Assembly: GCA_023213395.1 (NCBI GenBank)
Contig: CM041465.1
Coordinates: forward strand, 225,811,741 to 225,875,740
DNA from: Cycas panzhihuaensis
Taxonomy: Eukaryota; Plantae; Cycadophyta
DNA length: 64,000 bases
Direction: 5' to 3'
The position numbers were made by a program, and so were the translations under genes. Numbering within the stretch: the stretch's first letter is position 1; every line of letters starts with the position of its first letter. The notes under the pieces were generated by a model. That model worked only from the letters and a program-made list of their open reading frames with translations, had not been told where the DNA came from and searched no databases. Shown here in pieces: positions 52,700 through 64,000 of the stretch.

Positions 52700-55135
52700 C
52701 CCTCTTTGATCGCTTGAGACCAGGTTAAAGCGTACAATGGGGTAGTCTCAAGCAACTGAATGACCTTCTTTCCCTTATTCTAAGATCGCAAAGGTGAACG
52801 AGTATGTCGGTTAGGGAAACCCGAGGAAGAGGACAAATTCCTTACATCCTTCCTTTTGGCTTGTGAAGGGAGAGGGTTTGGAGACCTCCCTCGGTTTCAG
52901 TTATTCTTTTGTTAGGGGTTACGATCACGTTCCCCGTATTTGGGGAAGGGATCTCTATGAACGAGCTGGTCTAGGTTGGGCCTAGACACCCGTTTAGGGA
53001 AAGAGTCGCATTGCGAGGTAGCCTTAAGATACTGTACTCGACACTGAGAATCATCGTGGAAGCACTCCCCATGGATGGAGCACCACTTCTTCTCAAGGAA
53101 GGAGTCAAGTTTTCTCGCTTAAGAGGATTGGGTATTACCACCCCTGGAAGCAGCGGCTTGGGAAGCCTGGTGAACTAACTTATTAGACGTGGGAGATGGA
53201 GCCTGGAGCTTGAGCTCCTTCATAGTTCATTCAAATGAATGTATGGCTAAAGTGAGAGGGTCTAGGGTCTTCTCGATAGAATGGGAAGAAGACCTAGTGG
53301 GTTGCTGAGTTTTGGTTTCTTTTAATGGTGGTGGTGCCTCATGTCGCTATGAGGACTTTAAAGGCTTCTTGAGTCCAGTATGGATCTCAATGGCCTCGAG
53401 TGCCAAGCACTTCGCTATGGCAGAGTCGCATGTAGTTGCCCCAATCTTAAGGACTTCTACATGGACTTCTGGGTGAAGGCCATTGACAAAAAGGTCCCTC
53501 TTCAACTCCTCGGGCAAAGTAGCCTTAGTGGAATGAAGAAGGTCATGCAAATACCACACAAAGTCATGATTCATTTCATCGTGACCTTGTCTAAGCAACA
53601 GAAGGGATTTCATTCCACTCTCAAATGGGCAAGCCATGTCAAAGTAATTGACGAACTCATCCATGAGCTGCTAGAATGAGAAGATAGAATGCACGAGTAG
53701 GAAATAAAACTATTTGAGGATGTCGCCTTGAAGAGATCACAGAAATAGTTTCATGAGGATGTGGTCATAGGACTAGTAGTCAATGCATGCCATAGAGAAA
53801 CTATGAACATGCTCTATTGGGTCTTGCAACGAAGTCCCATCGAATTTGGGGACTTGAGGAAGGTGAGGCAGTAAGTTAGTTCTTAACGCCTCAATAGATA
53901 AAGGAGTTGACTGATAGTCCATAAAAGGATGCACCCTCGACTGGACTATAGGATCAACATAAGCTAGAAATGATGGCGGGTAGGTTTGCCCAAATCCTCC
54001 TTGGAGGGTTTGGTTTGAAAGGGGATGTTATCCTCCTACTGCTTGGTGAGGAGGCACAAATCCCACATTCAAAGAAACCTGCATGGGAGAAGATAGGTAT
54101 GACATACCTATCCCTCCTAGAGAGTATGCTCCTTGTTGAAAAGAAGCTTGAGGGAATAAGCCTTGGGAAGGAGTTGGCCCTCCTTACAAAGGCGTGATAT
54201 AAGGTGTCATACAAGATGGCGAAAAGGAGGGGTGAGGAACCAGATTCTGCCTATATAGGCTGCTTGTGGACGGTGCGATCCCATAAGGATGCAAAGGGTC
54301 CACCCTATAAGCAGGTAGGGAGTTCCCTTTACCATGCCCCCATGGTTGAGTAGTGTAACCGGGAGGCACATAAAGAGAAAGGTCCCTAGGTTGGTATTGA
54401 AAGTGTGTGGGGATGGACCCCACGTGACTAGAAGTAGGGGGACATGTGGGTTCCCTAGGTCTAGTAGGTGGATAAACAATGGTGGGAGGAGGACTAGTGG
54501 TTTGACTAGTTAGGGACATGCTCAACCTGAGTTGGAAAGATGACATGCCCTGAGTGGTCCCCAAGGAACATACATCATTAGGGGAAGAAGAAGAGGTAAA
54601 AGGCATGCTCATCATGGGTATATCAACTAAACGATATGAGTGAGATGAAGGAGATATAGAAGAAGGGGGCACAATGCTTCGTAAGACGTTCTCAAACCAC
54701 TTTTGGTGTGGTTGGAGATGGGCAGCTTAGAAACATTAGCTCAAGGCTTCTGCTACATTGGCAAGAGGGGTATCTGAATGATCGTAAGAGGTAGAAGGGG
54801 CCTCATACAAAGCAGACCCCGTAAGATGATCCTCATAAGAATCACCATGGTGGTGGTGAAACTCTAAAGGGATGAAGGTTTTGCTCCATGAGTAGAGGAA
54901 TAGTGAGACTGGGGGTGTGGCTAGTCACCTAGATAATAAATGGGATCTTCGCTTCCTTGGGCAGACCCTTGGAAGGAAGTAGGTGGCTTAAGGGAATCAA
55001 ACACATAAGCGTGGTATGCCTAATCTGAAAGAGATCCCTCCATGATCAGATTGGGATCCGATGTGGGAAGGGAATCATATAGGGGCTCTTCCAATAACGG
55101 AGGTAGGCCTCACAAGGGACGTGAGAATCGTCATA
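52700..55135 (-). pseudogene. gag: Tat-type gag with Pro/Ser-rich N-terminus and zinc knuckle
   Basis: VPKFDGTSLQDPIEHVHSF..ILMKLFL*SLQGDILK*F..MDEFVNYF..LRQGHDEMNHDFV..FVNGLHP and WCSIHGECFHDDSQC (Cx2Hx4Hx4C). Confidence 0.85.
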
Positions 55136-55280
55136 TGCAAGTCCTGCCTATGCTCTAAAAGAAGAGAGAAACAAGGTAGTGTACATGTTAGGGGATGCCT
55201 AATAAGATCAAAAGGGAAAGCTACCAAGATATAGTAGCACCAACAAAAAAGGGAGAAAGATTAATTCCCTTACTGGCAGG

Positions 55281-55298
55281 TCCCTAGTATGGTCGCCA
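55281..55298 (-). other. Primer binding site, tRNA-Arg type
   Basis: - strand TGGCGACCATACTAGGGA 1 nt after the LTR CA, resembling the TGGCGACTCxxCTGGGGA PBS of Ogre/Tat elements. Confidence 0.8.
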
Positions 55299-55299
55299 G

Positions 55300-58262
55300 T
55301 GGAATCACATCTACAGGGATGGTAACTACACCTAGCTGGGATTAACACTATGGACGGAAGGCTTCGGGATAAAGGGATCAAATCAATAAGTGTAAGGAAG
55401 CATCCACACAGGGTATCTATGTGTCGAATGCAGGTTTAGGACCCATGAATGGTGCACGACTTCCTCTAGGTAACTTAGCTTTTGATTTTGAAGGGAAGCG
55501 TAGGTGAGGGATGTCCTCGGTTGCCCGAGTGACCTCGAAACAAGGGTCTTCCTGCCCTTGAATGGCTGGAAGGGGAAGGCAAGAACCAGCGAGAAAGTAG
55601 GCCCTCGTGGAGGGAAATTAGAGGATGTAAGTGATATATGTGTAGGTATGATAAGGTAAGTGGGAGATCTTAGGGGACAAATCCTCTAGGAACTAACCCA
55701 CTTGAAGAGGATGTTGGGTGGACAAAGAGTGGTGGCAGAAAGGATTCCCGCCACTTTATGCATGAGGGGGTCTAATCTCTATATGCAATAATGGGGTAAA
55801 GACTAGTCATATGTGTGTGCAAATGAGATATATATAAAGCATATATGTGCAAAGAACGATAAATATAGTTTCCCTCTCAAAGACGAATCCTCACTCTCAT
55901 TTTGTTTTAAATAAGGGAAGGAGAAACAAAGAGATTGACCATGATATCATACAAAGTGCACGTCAATGCAATCGATCGAAAGAAAAGAAGAGGGGATATA
56001 CCCTAAGAAATGTTCTTTCCTAAAATGTGAACTAATGTGCAAGATGGTGATGCAAGTTGGTTCCCTTTTACTTTACTCCCTTATGTCTTTTCATGCAAAC
56101 ATACAAGCTAAAAGAAGCAAGAAAAGACTGACAAAATGAAAGCGACGTACTTAGAAGAACGATGCAACTAAAACGTGATCTTCGTCTTGCACTACACCCG
56201 CTTCCTCTTTTCCCTTTCCTATCACATAGGCAGCGTAGGGGTTTCCTTACCTCCCCCAAAATGAAAGGAAAGTAGTAATATAATGCAAAGGAAAAAAGGG
56301 ACTATATAAAGGCTGGAGCAACCAAAGGAAAGGAGGCCAAGAAACGCGCCTGGATTGTCGTCATTTACCTTTCTCCGCAAATGCTGCAGCAAACCTACAA
56401 TCACAAAGTTCTTTGCCCTTTCCAAAGGGGTTGCTAGGATACAAAGCCAATATATGTATATTTATGTAATAGTAAATGCTAAAATGTTACACGTTAGAAT
56501 GTTTCAAGTTAAGTAATCTTCTACTAAAAGTAACTCTACAATCTCCCAAGAAAACTAACAACACAAGCCAAGGTAAAGGGGAGGTTAGCCTCGGAATGGC
56601 TAACCCTCTGACAAGTGCACCTCCACGCTACCCTTAGACATAGGAAACAGCAGATTAGGATAGCCTATTGGTGGTAGATAGTGAGGGAAACAAACATCAC
56701 GAGGTTTGTGAAAGTTGCGTATGTTGCAAGTATGCTACGTGCAGTAAATTGTAACGTTGGCTAAGCCACAACCCAGGATGGGTGAGGGACATCGTTTGGG
56801 GCTAGTAGAGCTACCCAAGAGAGGCATGCAGGCTTGGAAATAGTGTAGCAAGGGCTACATACACTGATATCTAGTGCAGGCCAAATCCCAAAGACTCCCT
56901 GGCAATACAAGAGAGGCACAAGTGGAGGAGAGGAAAGAGGAGAAGGGGGTTACCCTTGAGGAGCAGGCCTAGTAGGTATGGGAACCCACCTTGGCTCCTT
57001 TCTCTCACTCTTTGTGGGTCCTCTCCTGTAGCCTCCTTGGAAAAACCAGAAGAGGGTACGGAGATGAAGATGGCAGAAAAACTGGAAATGAAGGAATACC
57101 TACTACATACACTAAAATATAAGAAAGAAAGGATGTGCTCAAAGATCTAACATTTTACAAGTCAATCCAAAGGAAATACATGGAACAACAATGACATAAT
57201 ACCTGTTGGGCTCAGTAGGAGGTAGCTCTGCCCCTGAAAACAATAGGAGATAGAAGATCTGATATGCTTACAGGGGATCCTTAGGAGGATGTTATAATTT
57301 GAATACAAACTTACTGAAAGTTGTAGGAAGGGCGTGGAGGCCAGACTTAGACATGAATCCTTACTTGGAGATGTTTGTTGATGAGCTTATTATCATGGAT
57401 TAAAGCTACAATGGATGGATCTCAGGTTGGAGCACAAGGAACTTGAGTGTTGCAGGGCGTTCCTGTAGAAAACTCCTGTGGAAGAGAGAGAGAAGAGAGA
57501 AAAGAAGGTGGAAGAAGAGAAGGAAAATGAGGTTGTTTTGGGATTTATACCTAACCCTAGGCTGAATGGACGATTAGGGTTGAGGTAAGGCTCAAGGGGT
57601 GTCGAAGCCAAGTGGCAATTTTGTGAAATTTTTAAAATTTACCATGGCAAATTTTAAAAAATGTGTTATGACAGTCGCCCTGCGGCAAACTTCGTAATCT
57701 GAAGTTTCTGCGTCTCATGACATTTTCCGGTCATGATGTGACAGAGACCAAAATAGGCCAAAAAGAGGATGCCTGGGAGCCTTAAAGAGGGTACCCTAGG
57801 CCTAGGAGGGGCCAACCCTCTATCTAGATGGCCGGGGACAGTTAAATAAAGTAGATGACCTAAACCAAATGGGGTACCGAAGCGGCAGGACTCCCAAGAA
57901 ACCAATAACTGGAGTAAAGATAAACCAATCACACTCGGCGGGGTCCTAAGGGTTGTGATATAGCAAGGGGTGTGACGAATCACATGGGCTAAGTGGTGCC
58001 TAGGACAACATGGAGATGCATAGGAGGGTTATGGAGTGCCATGGGGATGCATGTCCCACTTATCGTCATAGGGTAAAAGAGTAACAAGCAGTATGATCAA
58101 GCAACAGGTGTAAGATGATCACTCAAATATGTCAGTCAGTTATGCAACAAAACAATGCTTCTATTTACCTTTCTAGAGAAGCAGTAAAGGCAAAGGATCG
58201 AAGCATACCTGAACTTACCTGAGTCGACTTGCCAAAAACCCATTCCCGAGAGCTGAGAAACA
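55300..58262 (-). repeat. 5' LTR (2963 bp) of Tat-type element
   Basis: TGGAATCACA..GAGAAACA, adjacent to the PBS. Confidence 0.96.
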
Positions 58263-58267
58263 GACAA

Positions 58268-60620
58268 TGACAGAGATTTTGTTAGGGTTGACTCAGACGC
58301 CTTCCATAGAGATGATATACTCAAGGTATTATAATTTGATTTTACCAAATTCATATTTAGAGATTTTAGCATATAGTTGGTTTTAGAAAATCTATAAGGC
58401 AGACTCTAAATGTTGGACATGGAGGGTCATGGTAGTACTATAGATAAGGATGTCATTAAAGAAAACAATGATAAATTTGGGAAGGTAGGATGCAAAGATT
58501 TTATTCATTAGGGCCTAAAAAGTGGTAAGGGCATTACATAATCTAAATAGCATGACTTAGAATATAAAATGTACATTATGGGTTTAAAAAGTCATTTTAT
58601 ACTTGTCTTTAGGTATAATAAGAATCTAATAATACCCTAATTGTAGGTCAAGTTTAAAGAAGAACATGGCCCATGAATTTCATCCAACATGTTATTGATT
58701 TAGGAGGTCATGATTTTGTTCTTAATAGTGAGTTTATTTAGTTCTCTATAATCGACGTAGATTCGAAAAGAACCATAATTGTTTTGGACTAATACAATTG
58801 ATGCCACGTAAGGGCTCTTGTTGGGTTAGATGATACTCATGTCTAGGAGCTAAGTTGTGATACACTCAATTTTATTGTTTTGAAAATATGAGATATGGTA
58901 TGGGTAGAGGCTGGTGGGATTATGTGGGTGATTTAATTCAATGTTATGGTGGAATCTATAATTAGGGGGAAAGATTCCTAATAAAGGGTTAAAAATATAT
59001 TGGTACTTGTTGAGGATTGATTGGATATCTGGATGGACATCTAGTTGTGGTTGAATATTATTGATTTTGATAATGTAATCAAGACTCCTATTAAGTTACT
59101 GACTCATTTATTTAGGGGTGATCAATTTATTGGGTGTAGATTAGAGACCATACAATTTATAAGTTTGTCCAAATTGGTCTTTAAACATCATAAATAGAAT
59201 ATGTGGAGAGTTGTTGGTATTATAGTTGCCTAAGGTCTAAAGCCATTGGATGCCAAGGATTGCATCTAAGCCTTTAATAGATAAGGCATAAAAGTCAGAT
59301 CAGAGGTGATACATTCTAATTTGAACTTGAAGATTGTAAATAACCCCAACATAGTGGAGGTTATAATGGCTAGGTAAGGAGTAATTAATTCTTATTTTTA
59401 GTTTAATATAGAGGTTCAACTACTTGGCGATTGTAATATGGAGGAAGTTTAGTGATGCACGACCATCTATTAAGATTATGAAGGGGTTCTTCCTTAGAGT
59501 TCATTTTATACGTAGTGGGTCAGGACAAGAAGAAGAGGAAATAGTGGATAGGGAAGGTTCAGGGGTAGGTTCGTGTTTGAGTAGGGGAAGCGATTCCAAA
59601 AGGGGTTCTTCTATAGTTTCTTCTTTTGAATTAGAATTGAGGTCGATGGTGAATATTATTTTTCTAGCTTTACAAACTTGAGCATGTCCATCAAGCCATT
59701 TTTTCGTGCATTAAGTACAAAGACTAGCTACCTTGTGCCTATTTATGTCTAAAGTGGGAACCCTTATCAATGTTGTTTCTATTAGGGCACATTTTGTTGA
59801 CCTTTCTACTTGGCCTTCTACTGGTTCCCTATGCATTTATTTGTTCTAGACCTCGAGGGCCTATAAGGATTATATTGACTTAAGTGACTAGACCATGCTA
59901 ATTCCCTTCTAAAGTTAGTTATTGGTTCTACTGTAAACATCACTTCTATCACCTTAGCTACATTAATAGCATCTTAAAGGTTGGGAGGAGAGATAATCTA
60001 GAGTCTCATTTATATATGATCTTTTAGTCTAGCTATATAGGTTACAATGAGTGTCTACTTGTTGAGATGTTGAGTGACTTAGTTATGAAGGTCTTGAAAT
60101 TCATTTGTGTAAGCTTCCACTAAGGCAGATTATTTAAGCCTAGTCATTTGACTAAAAAATAAATGATTCTAGATTTTTTTTTTATTGTTCAAAGAAACAT
60201 TTGCAAAAGATGTCCCATGTTTGGTTTGCATGATATTCCTAAGCCCATCATTTATACTAATGGTATGCTTTTCCCTCCCAATGAATGGAAGCAAATATCA
60301 ATTAATTAGCCAGAGATATCAAGCTGAGCAAGAAGTAGGAGTCTAACATATTAATCTAGGTGCAAGCAGCATCTTTGTTGAGATTTGAATCAAAGATTGG
60401 TATATTAATTTTATGATTAAAGGTTGGTTGACAAATAAATTGAGGTGGTGGGGCTCCACCTTGAGAGGTGCCACCTTAGGAAGTGTTACATATGGCTGTT
60501 AAGGAGATACTAAAGGTTTGAAATTATTGTAACATAGCAGTGATCTATCCTGATAAGTCTGCAAACTACTTTTCTAGCTTCTCATACAATGATGTGACTT
60601 CAACTTCCAAAGTAGAATGC
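58268..60620 (-). pseudogene. Reina-like chromovirus gag, PR and RT N-half, decayed
   Basis: gag KINIPIFDS..FASIHWEGKAYH, PR ILIDGRASLNFLH, and RT PYPYHISYFQNNKIE..SPYVASIVLVQK..SFRIYVDYRELNK..FIVFFNDILIYS. Confidence 0.85.
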
Positions 60621-61130
60621 ACTCGCCTTGGTTGGTTGGTTACATCACGAAAGTAAATAAGAAAGTGATATGATGAAGTGGGATGTAGCAAGAAGAAGGG
60701 GATAGTAGAAATGGGAGAGACTAAATAAAATGGGTAGTTTTAAAGAAGTAGGGATGTATGAGAAAAGAAAACAAGAGAAGGGGAGAAACATGGGGTGTGG
60801 GTTATCGATAGACTCTTAATCCCAGATGTGAAGTAAGAATATAGGTCAACGGGGTGTACATGGTACTTATATGCCATTTTCCCCAAGATTTGAAAGTTAA
60901 AACTAACCTAGTTAATCTTTACTAGTATGACGCACTAATTACAATAGGATAGGTGAATTTCAGTGTTAGTTTTCAAGACATGTCTTAGGTATGGGTAAGC
61001 GCAAAAATTATTTGTAAAATCCATCCTAATGCAAAATGACTAGTGTAACGTGCTAATCAAAATAAGGTTTAAAGTTTCAATGGTAAGTTTTATGTTATGG
61101 ACTTGTATAGTTAGTCATGACTAAGTGGAG

Positions 61131-61275
61131 TTTTTTTTTTTCCCTCTCTTTTTTTCTTTTTTCTTTTTTTTTTTTTTAATTTTTCCTTTTTTTTTTCTTT
61201 TTTTCTCTTTTTCTTTTATTCTTCTTCTTCTTCTTTTCCTTTCCCTTTTCTTTTATTTTTTTAATTTTTCTATTT
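61131..61275. repeat. T/C-rich low-complexity tract in chromovirus 5' UTR
   Basis: Directly visible poly-T/TTC runs. Confidence 0.85.
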
Positions 61276-62069
61276 AAATATTATGACTTAAGATCTAAAT
61301 CAGAAAGTGGAGCAAATGAAGTAAGATGTAAGTAATACAAGGTGGCCTACCAACCACTAGACAATGTATGCTTAGTCTTGTGGGTATGCTAATAAACTTT
61401 TGAAGCAAAAGTTTGGGGAAAATAGCTTTATGGTACTAACTGGTAACCATTGTACTGTAGGACTTCAATGGCTAGTAGGTTGTCTATGCTAAGAAGGATT
61501 CAGTACCTATAAGGGTCCTCCTATATACCCAAAGGTATGTGGAGGCATAAATTTATAGTTAGGTTCTATCTAGGGCTTAGTTTAGGAGTGTGATCTTCAG
61601 TCCTTCACACAAAGGGTAGAATGTCATAATATGCTTAGCTAGAATGATAGATCCTTATGATGTTTAAAGACCTCTAATATAGGATCTCTACCTAACTACT
61701 TGGATAACTTCCACGTAGAGTCATCTACTAAGGAATGAGAAGTACGAGAGAGAAAGGGTAGCCACTAAGTAGAGTTATCTACACTTGGACTGATAACTCC
61801 AATACAAAACTTGAAATAAGTAACTGAACTAAAAATAAATACAAAGGAAAAAAAAATTAAAGTGTTGGGAGTTACCTAGGGGAAGAAATTCCTCTTTCCT
61901 CGTGACTCTTGAGTGGTGCTAGTTTTGTTCCTCAATCTTCATAGAGAGAGTACTAAGAGAAAGTCTTTCTTTGATCTCTAATTGGGTAGAGAGAGTACTT
62001 GATCTAACAAAAAAAAAAATCTTATTTTTTTTAATTCCCATTAAGAAACTTCCCATGATCACGAGATTG

Positions 62070-62081
62070 GCTCTAATACCA
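62070..62081 (-). other. Primer binding site, tRNA-iMet type
   Basis: - strand TGGTATTAGAGC (1 mismatch to TGGTATCAGAGC) 2 nt from the LTR. Confidence 0.88.
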
Positions 62082-62083
62082 CT

Positions 62084-62495
62084 TGGAACATTATAGATCT
62101 ACAAATTGTACTCAAGGACACTTTAGGAAATACTTGAAAACTCAAAGGTTCCTTTATTGCAATTTTGAAAAATACAAATACATCAATTAAAGGTAAGAAA
62201 GCTTAATGATCACTAAAAGGGAATGTATTCTCGTACAATCTCAAACAATAATAAGACAACATAAGTGTTTCATTTATAGATATTTAGCCTTATATAGGCA
62301 GGTTGCTAACTCTAATATCCTATCGGTGGCCCCTTGGGTCCTCCAATCTCATTGGTGGAGGTATACAACTAGTGCATGTGGATTAACGATTATCCTTAAC
62401 CTTCTCTTCCTTAGTCATATAGTTGTGGTTTAACCTTGACCTTCTCCATGTGATTAGATGCACTTATATCACTAACCTTAAAATGTTGTATAGCA
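62084..62495 (-). repeat. 5' LTR (412 bp) of Reina-like chromovirus
   Basis: TGGAACATT..GTATAGCA followed by TSD TTTGT. Confidence 0.92.
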
Positions 62496-63714
62496 TTTGT
62501 ACTATTAGAACTTATATCAAACTTATCTTTTCCTCTCTTTCTTTTATTTCTATGGGTAGGTGTTTTTCCCCTAATTTTCTATTTCTTATTACTTTTCACT
62601 AAGGGTTCACTCTCAGTTTTTTATGCATATTCTTCTATATTGGCCCCTACCAAAGCATGGAAGCATTATTTGTTTGCTCTATTCTCCTTTTCATTTTCTA
62701 CCTTATGTCTTATTTTAGTCAATTCATTCATCATCATTTTTAGACTTATTTCAAGAGCTTGGTTTTCTTTTTAACATTTTAGCTAGATTAAAGTCATTAT
62801 TAGTATCCATGGGTTTGGTTTAATGTCCATCTTATGTTTTTCAAGTTATGATATTAATTCTTAAATGAGTGAAAATTTATTTAAAAAGTTATCATTAGAA
62901 ATTTTAAATTAACTAAAGGTATGGAGGTTTTGATACTAGCCAAGTTGCATATGCTAGTTTGCTCCCTTCCAAATAGTTTTTCTAAAAAGTACCTTATGGA
63001 TTTGTTTACAAGGGAATGGATTTACAACCTAAATGTTCTTCTTTTTTTCTCATACAAGTCAATAAATAGTATTCATCTATATCTTTACTATTTAAGGTTC
63101 TTAATCTTACCTTTACCCTACTTAAAATATGTTATATTGATTAAACCTTAAGTATTTGGTTGTTATGGTCCATAACTACCTTTTAATGGTTTGATTAATA
63201 TCCATAATTCATACCTACTATTGGTTGGCATTGGGTCTTAGTCAATAATTATTTAAAAAGCACTAACATATAATTATGTCCTAACTCATAACACATAATA
63301 AATATAAGCAAATATAGATGTATTCTAGTACTTATAAGGTTTTTGTAATAATTTCATTTTGTTCTTACATTAACATTTGCATTACAAGCATTAGTTTCTT
63401 CATTATGTCTTTGAGGGGGCATTAGGAATTAATATAATATTGCTTAGTGATGAATTTATATCATAAGGTGGGTTATCTAATTAATAAGGCAATTTTAGAA
63501 CTTATAAAATGTGTAGTCTTAAGTTAGCTTTATATAGGACTTTAGAGTATTATTTATTAGGTCACATTCCAAGGGTTTTCTTTTCTAGTGTTTAAAATTG
63601 TTACATGATATAATAAGCTTGACTTAAGCAGCCATGACCTTGTTAAAAATTTAGTATTCCTAAGGAACATTTATATGTAATGAGTTTCATAAGTTATTTC
63701 AACATTAGGTTTAA

Positions 63715-64000
63715 TGTTACAGTCCAATTCATAAAAGATCACACCAAATTGACAACAAGAGAGCACAAAATAGAAATTTTACTAATATTGTAGTATAAAT
63801 TACATTCAAATCACAAGAGAGCTTAATGGACACCAAAAGAAGACATATATGAGTATAATCTTTACAAGAGATAATGGTTGCATAAGACCCTTAATTTACA
63901 AATGTGATGCCTTAAATAGACAAAAGTGGTTGTTAACTCCTAACATCCTATTTGTGGGCCTTGCGGCCTTTAATCCCATTGGTGGAGGTATGTAGCCCAT
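63715..64000 (-). repeat. Start of a further LTR related to the Reina-like LTRs (runs off the window)
   Basis: Begins TGTTAC and shares AGCTTAATG..CACCAAAAG, CTAACATCCTAT and CATTGGTGGAGGTAT in the same order as 38237-38653 and 62084-62495. Confidence 0.65.

Larger units (their letters stand above)
40669..58262 (-). mobile_element. Complete Ty3/gypsy Tat-type retrotransposon (17594 bp) with 3' accessory PMD and aRH genes
   Basis: ~2.96 kb TG..CA LTRs, TSD GATAA (40664-40668)/GACAA (58263-58267), tRNA-Arg-type PBS and PPT. It splits the host RT at VNPNKISVI|*WPTQK. Confidence 0.96.
38237..62495 (-). mobile_element. Complete short-LTR Ty3/gypsy chromovirus (Reina-like; about 6.66 kb without its nested insertion)
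   Basis: LTRs 38237-38653 and 62084-62495, perfect TSD TTTGT (38232-38236 and 62496-62500), Met PBS, PPT, and gag-PR-RT-RH-INT-chromodomain. Confidence 0.93.
33836..62830 (-). mobile_element. Old Ty3/gypsy chromovirus-type element (outermost host of the nest; own sequence ~33836-38236 plus 62501-~62830)
   Basis: On the - strand, gag runs ~62830-62501 and 38236-37400, then PR, RT, RH and INT. A putative PPT AGGAGGAGGAT lies at ~33836-33846. The gag is split exactly at TSD TTTGT. LTRs not paired. Confidence 0.82.

Overview
This window is AT-rich, CpG-depleted plant intergenic DNA, probably from a large gymnosperm-like genome (inferred from the retrotransposon lineages present). It consists almost entirely of nested, mostly decayed LTR retrotransposons. 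I found no intact host gene, RNA gene or CRISPR array. Left part: (1) the 3' end of a Ty3/gypsy chromovirus (1-~2.6 kb); (2) a decayed + strand Tat-type gypsy with an extra archaeal-type RNase H (aRH) between protease and RT (~6.0-16.3 kb); (3) inside it, a young 4.9 kb non-autonomous Copia derivative (8431-13313, TSD TTAAT) with a CpG-rich repeat island; (4) a decayed extra-ORF/PPT fragment; (5) a 3.6 kb non-autonomous LTR element (23165-26746); (6) two long (TA)n tracts. Right part: a three-level nest on the - strand. An old chromovirus (~33.8-62.8 kb) contains a complete short-LTR chromovirus (38237-62495, TSD TTTGT). That in turn contains a complete 17.6 kb Tat-type element (40669-58262, ~2.96 kb LTRs, tRNA-Arg-type PBS, TSD GATAA/GACAA). 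The most interesting structure lies between INT and the 3' LTR of this last element. It is a head-to-head accessory cassette: a stand-alone aRH gene in sense orientation and an intron-containing plant-mobile-domain (PMD)/coiled-coil gene in antisense, with a TATA-like motif facing each gene. All domain calls are by-eye motif recognition, and domain borders are approximate.
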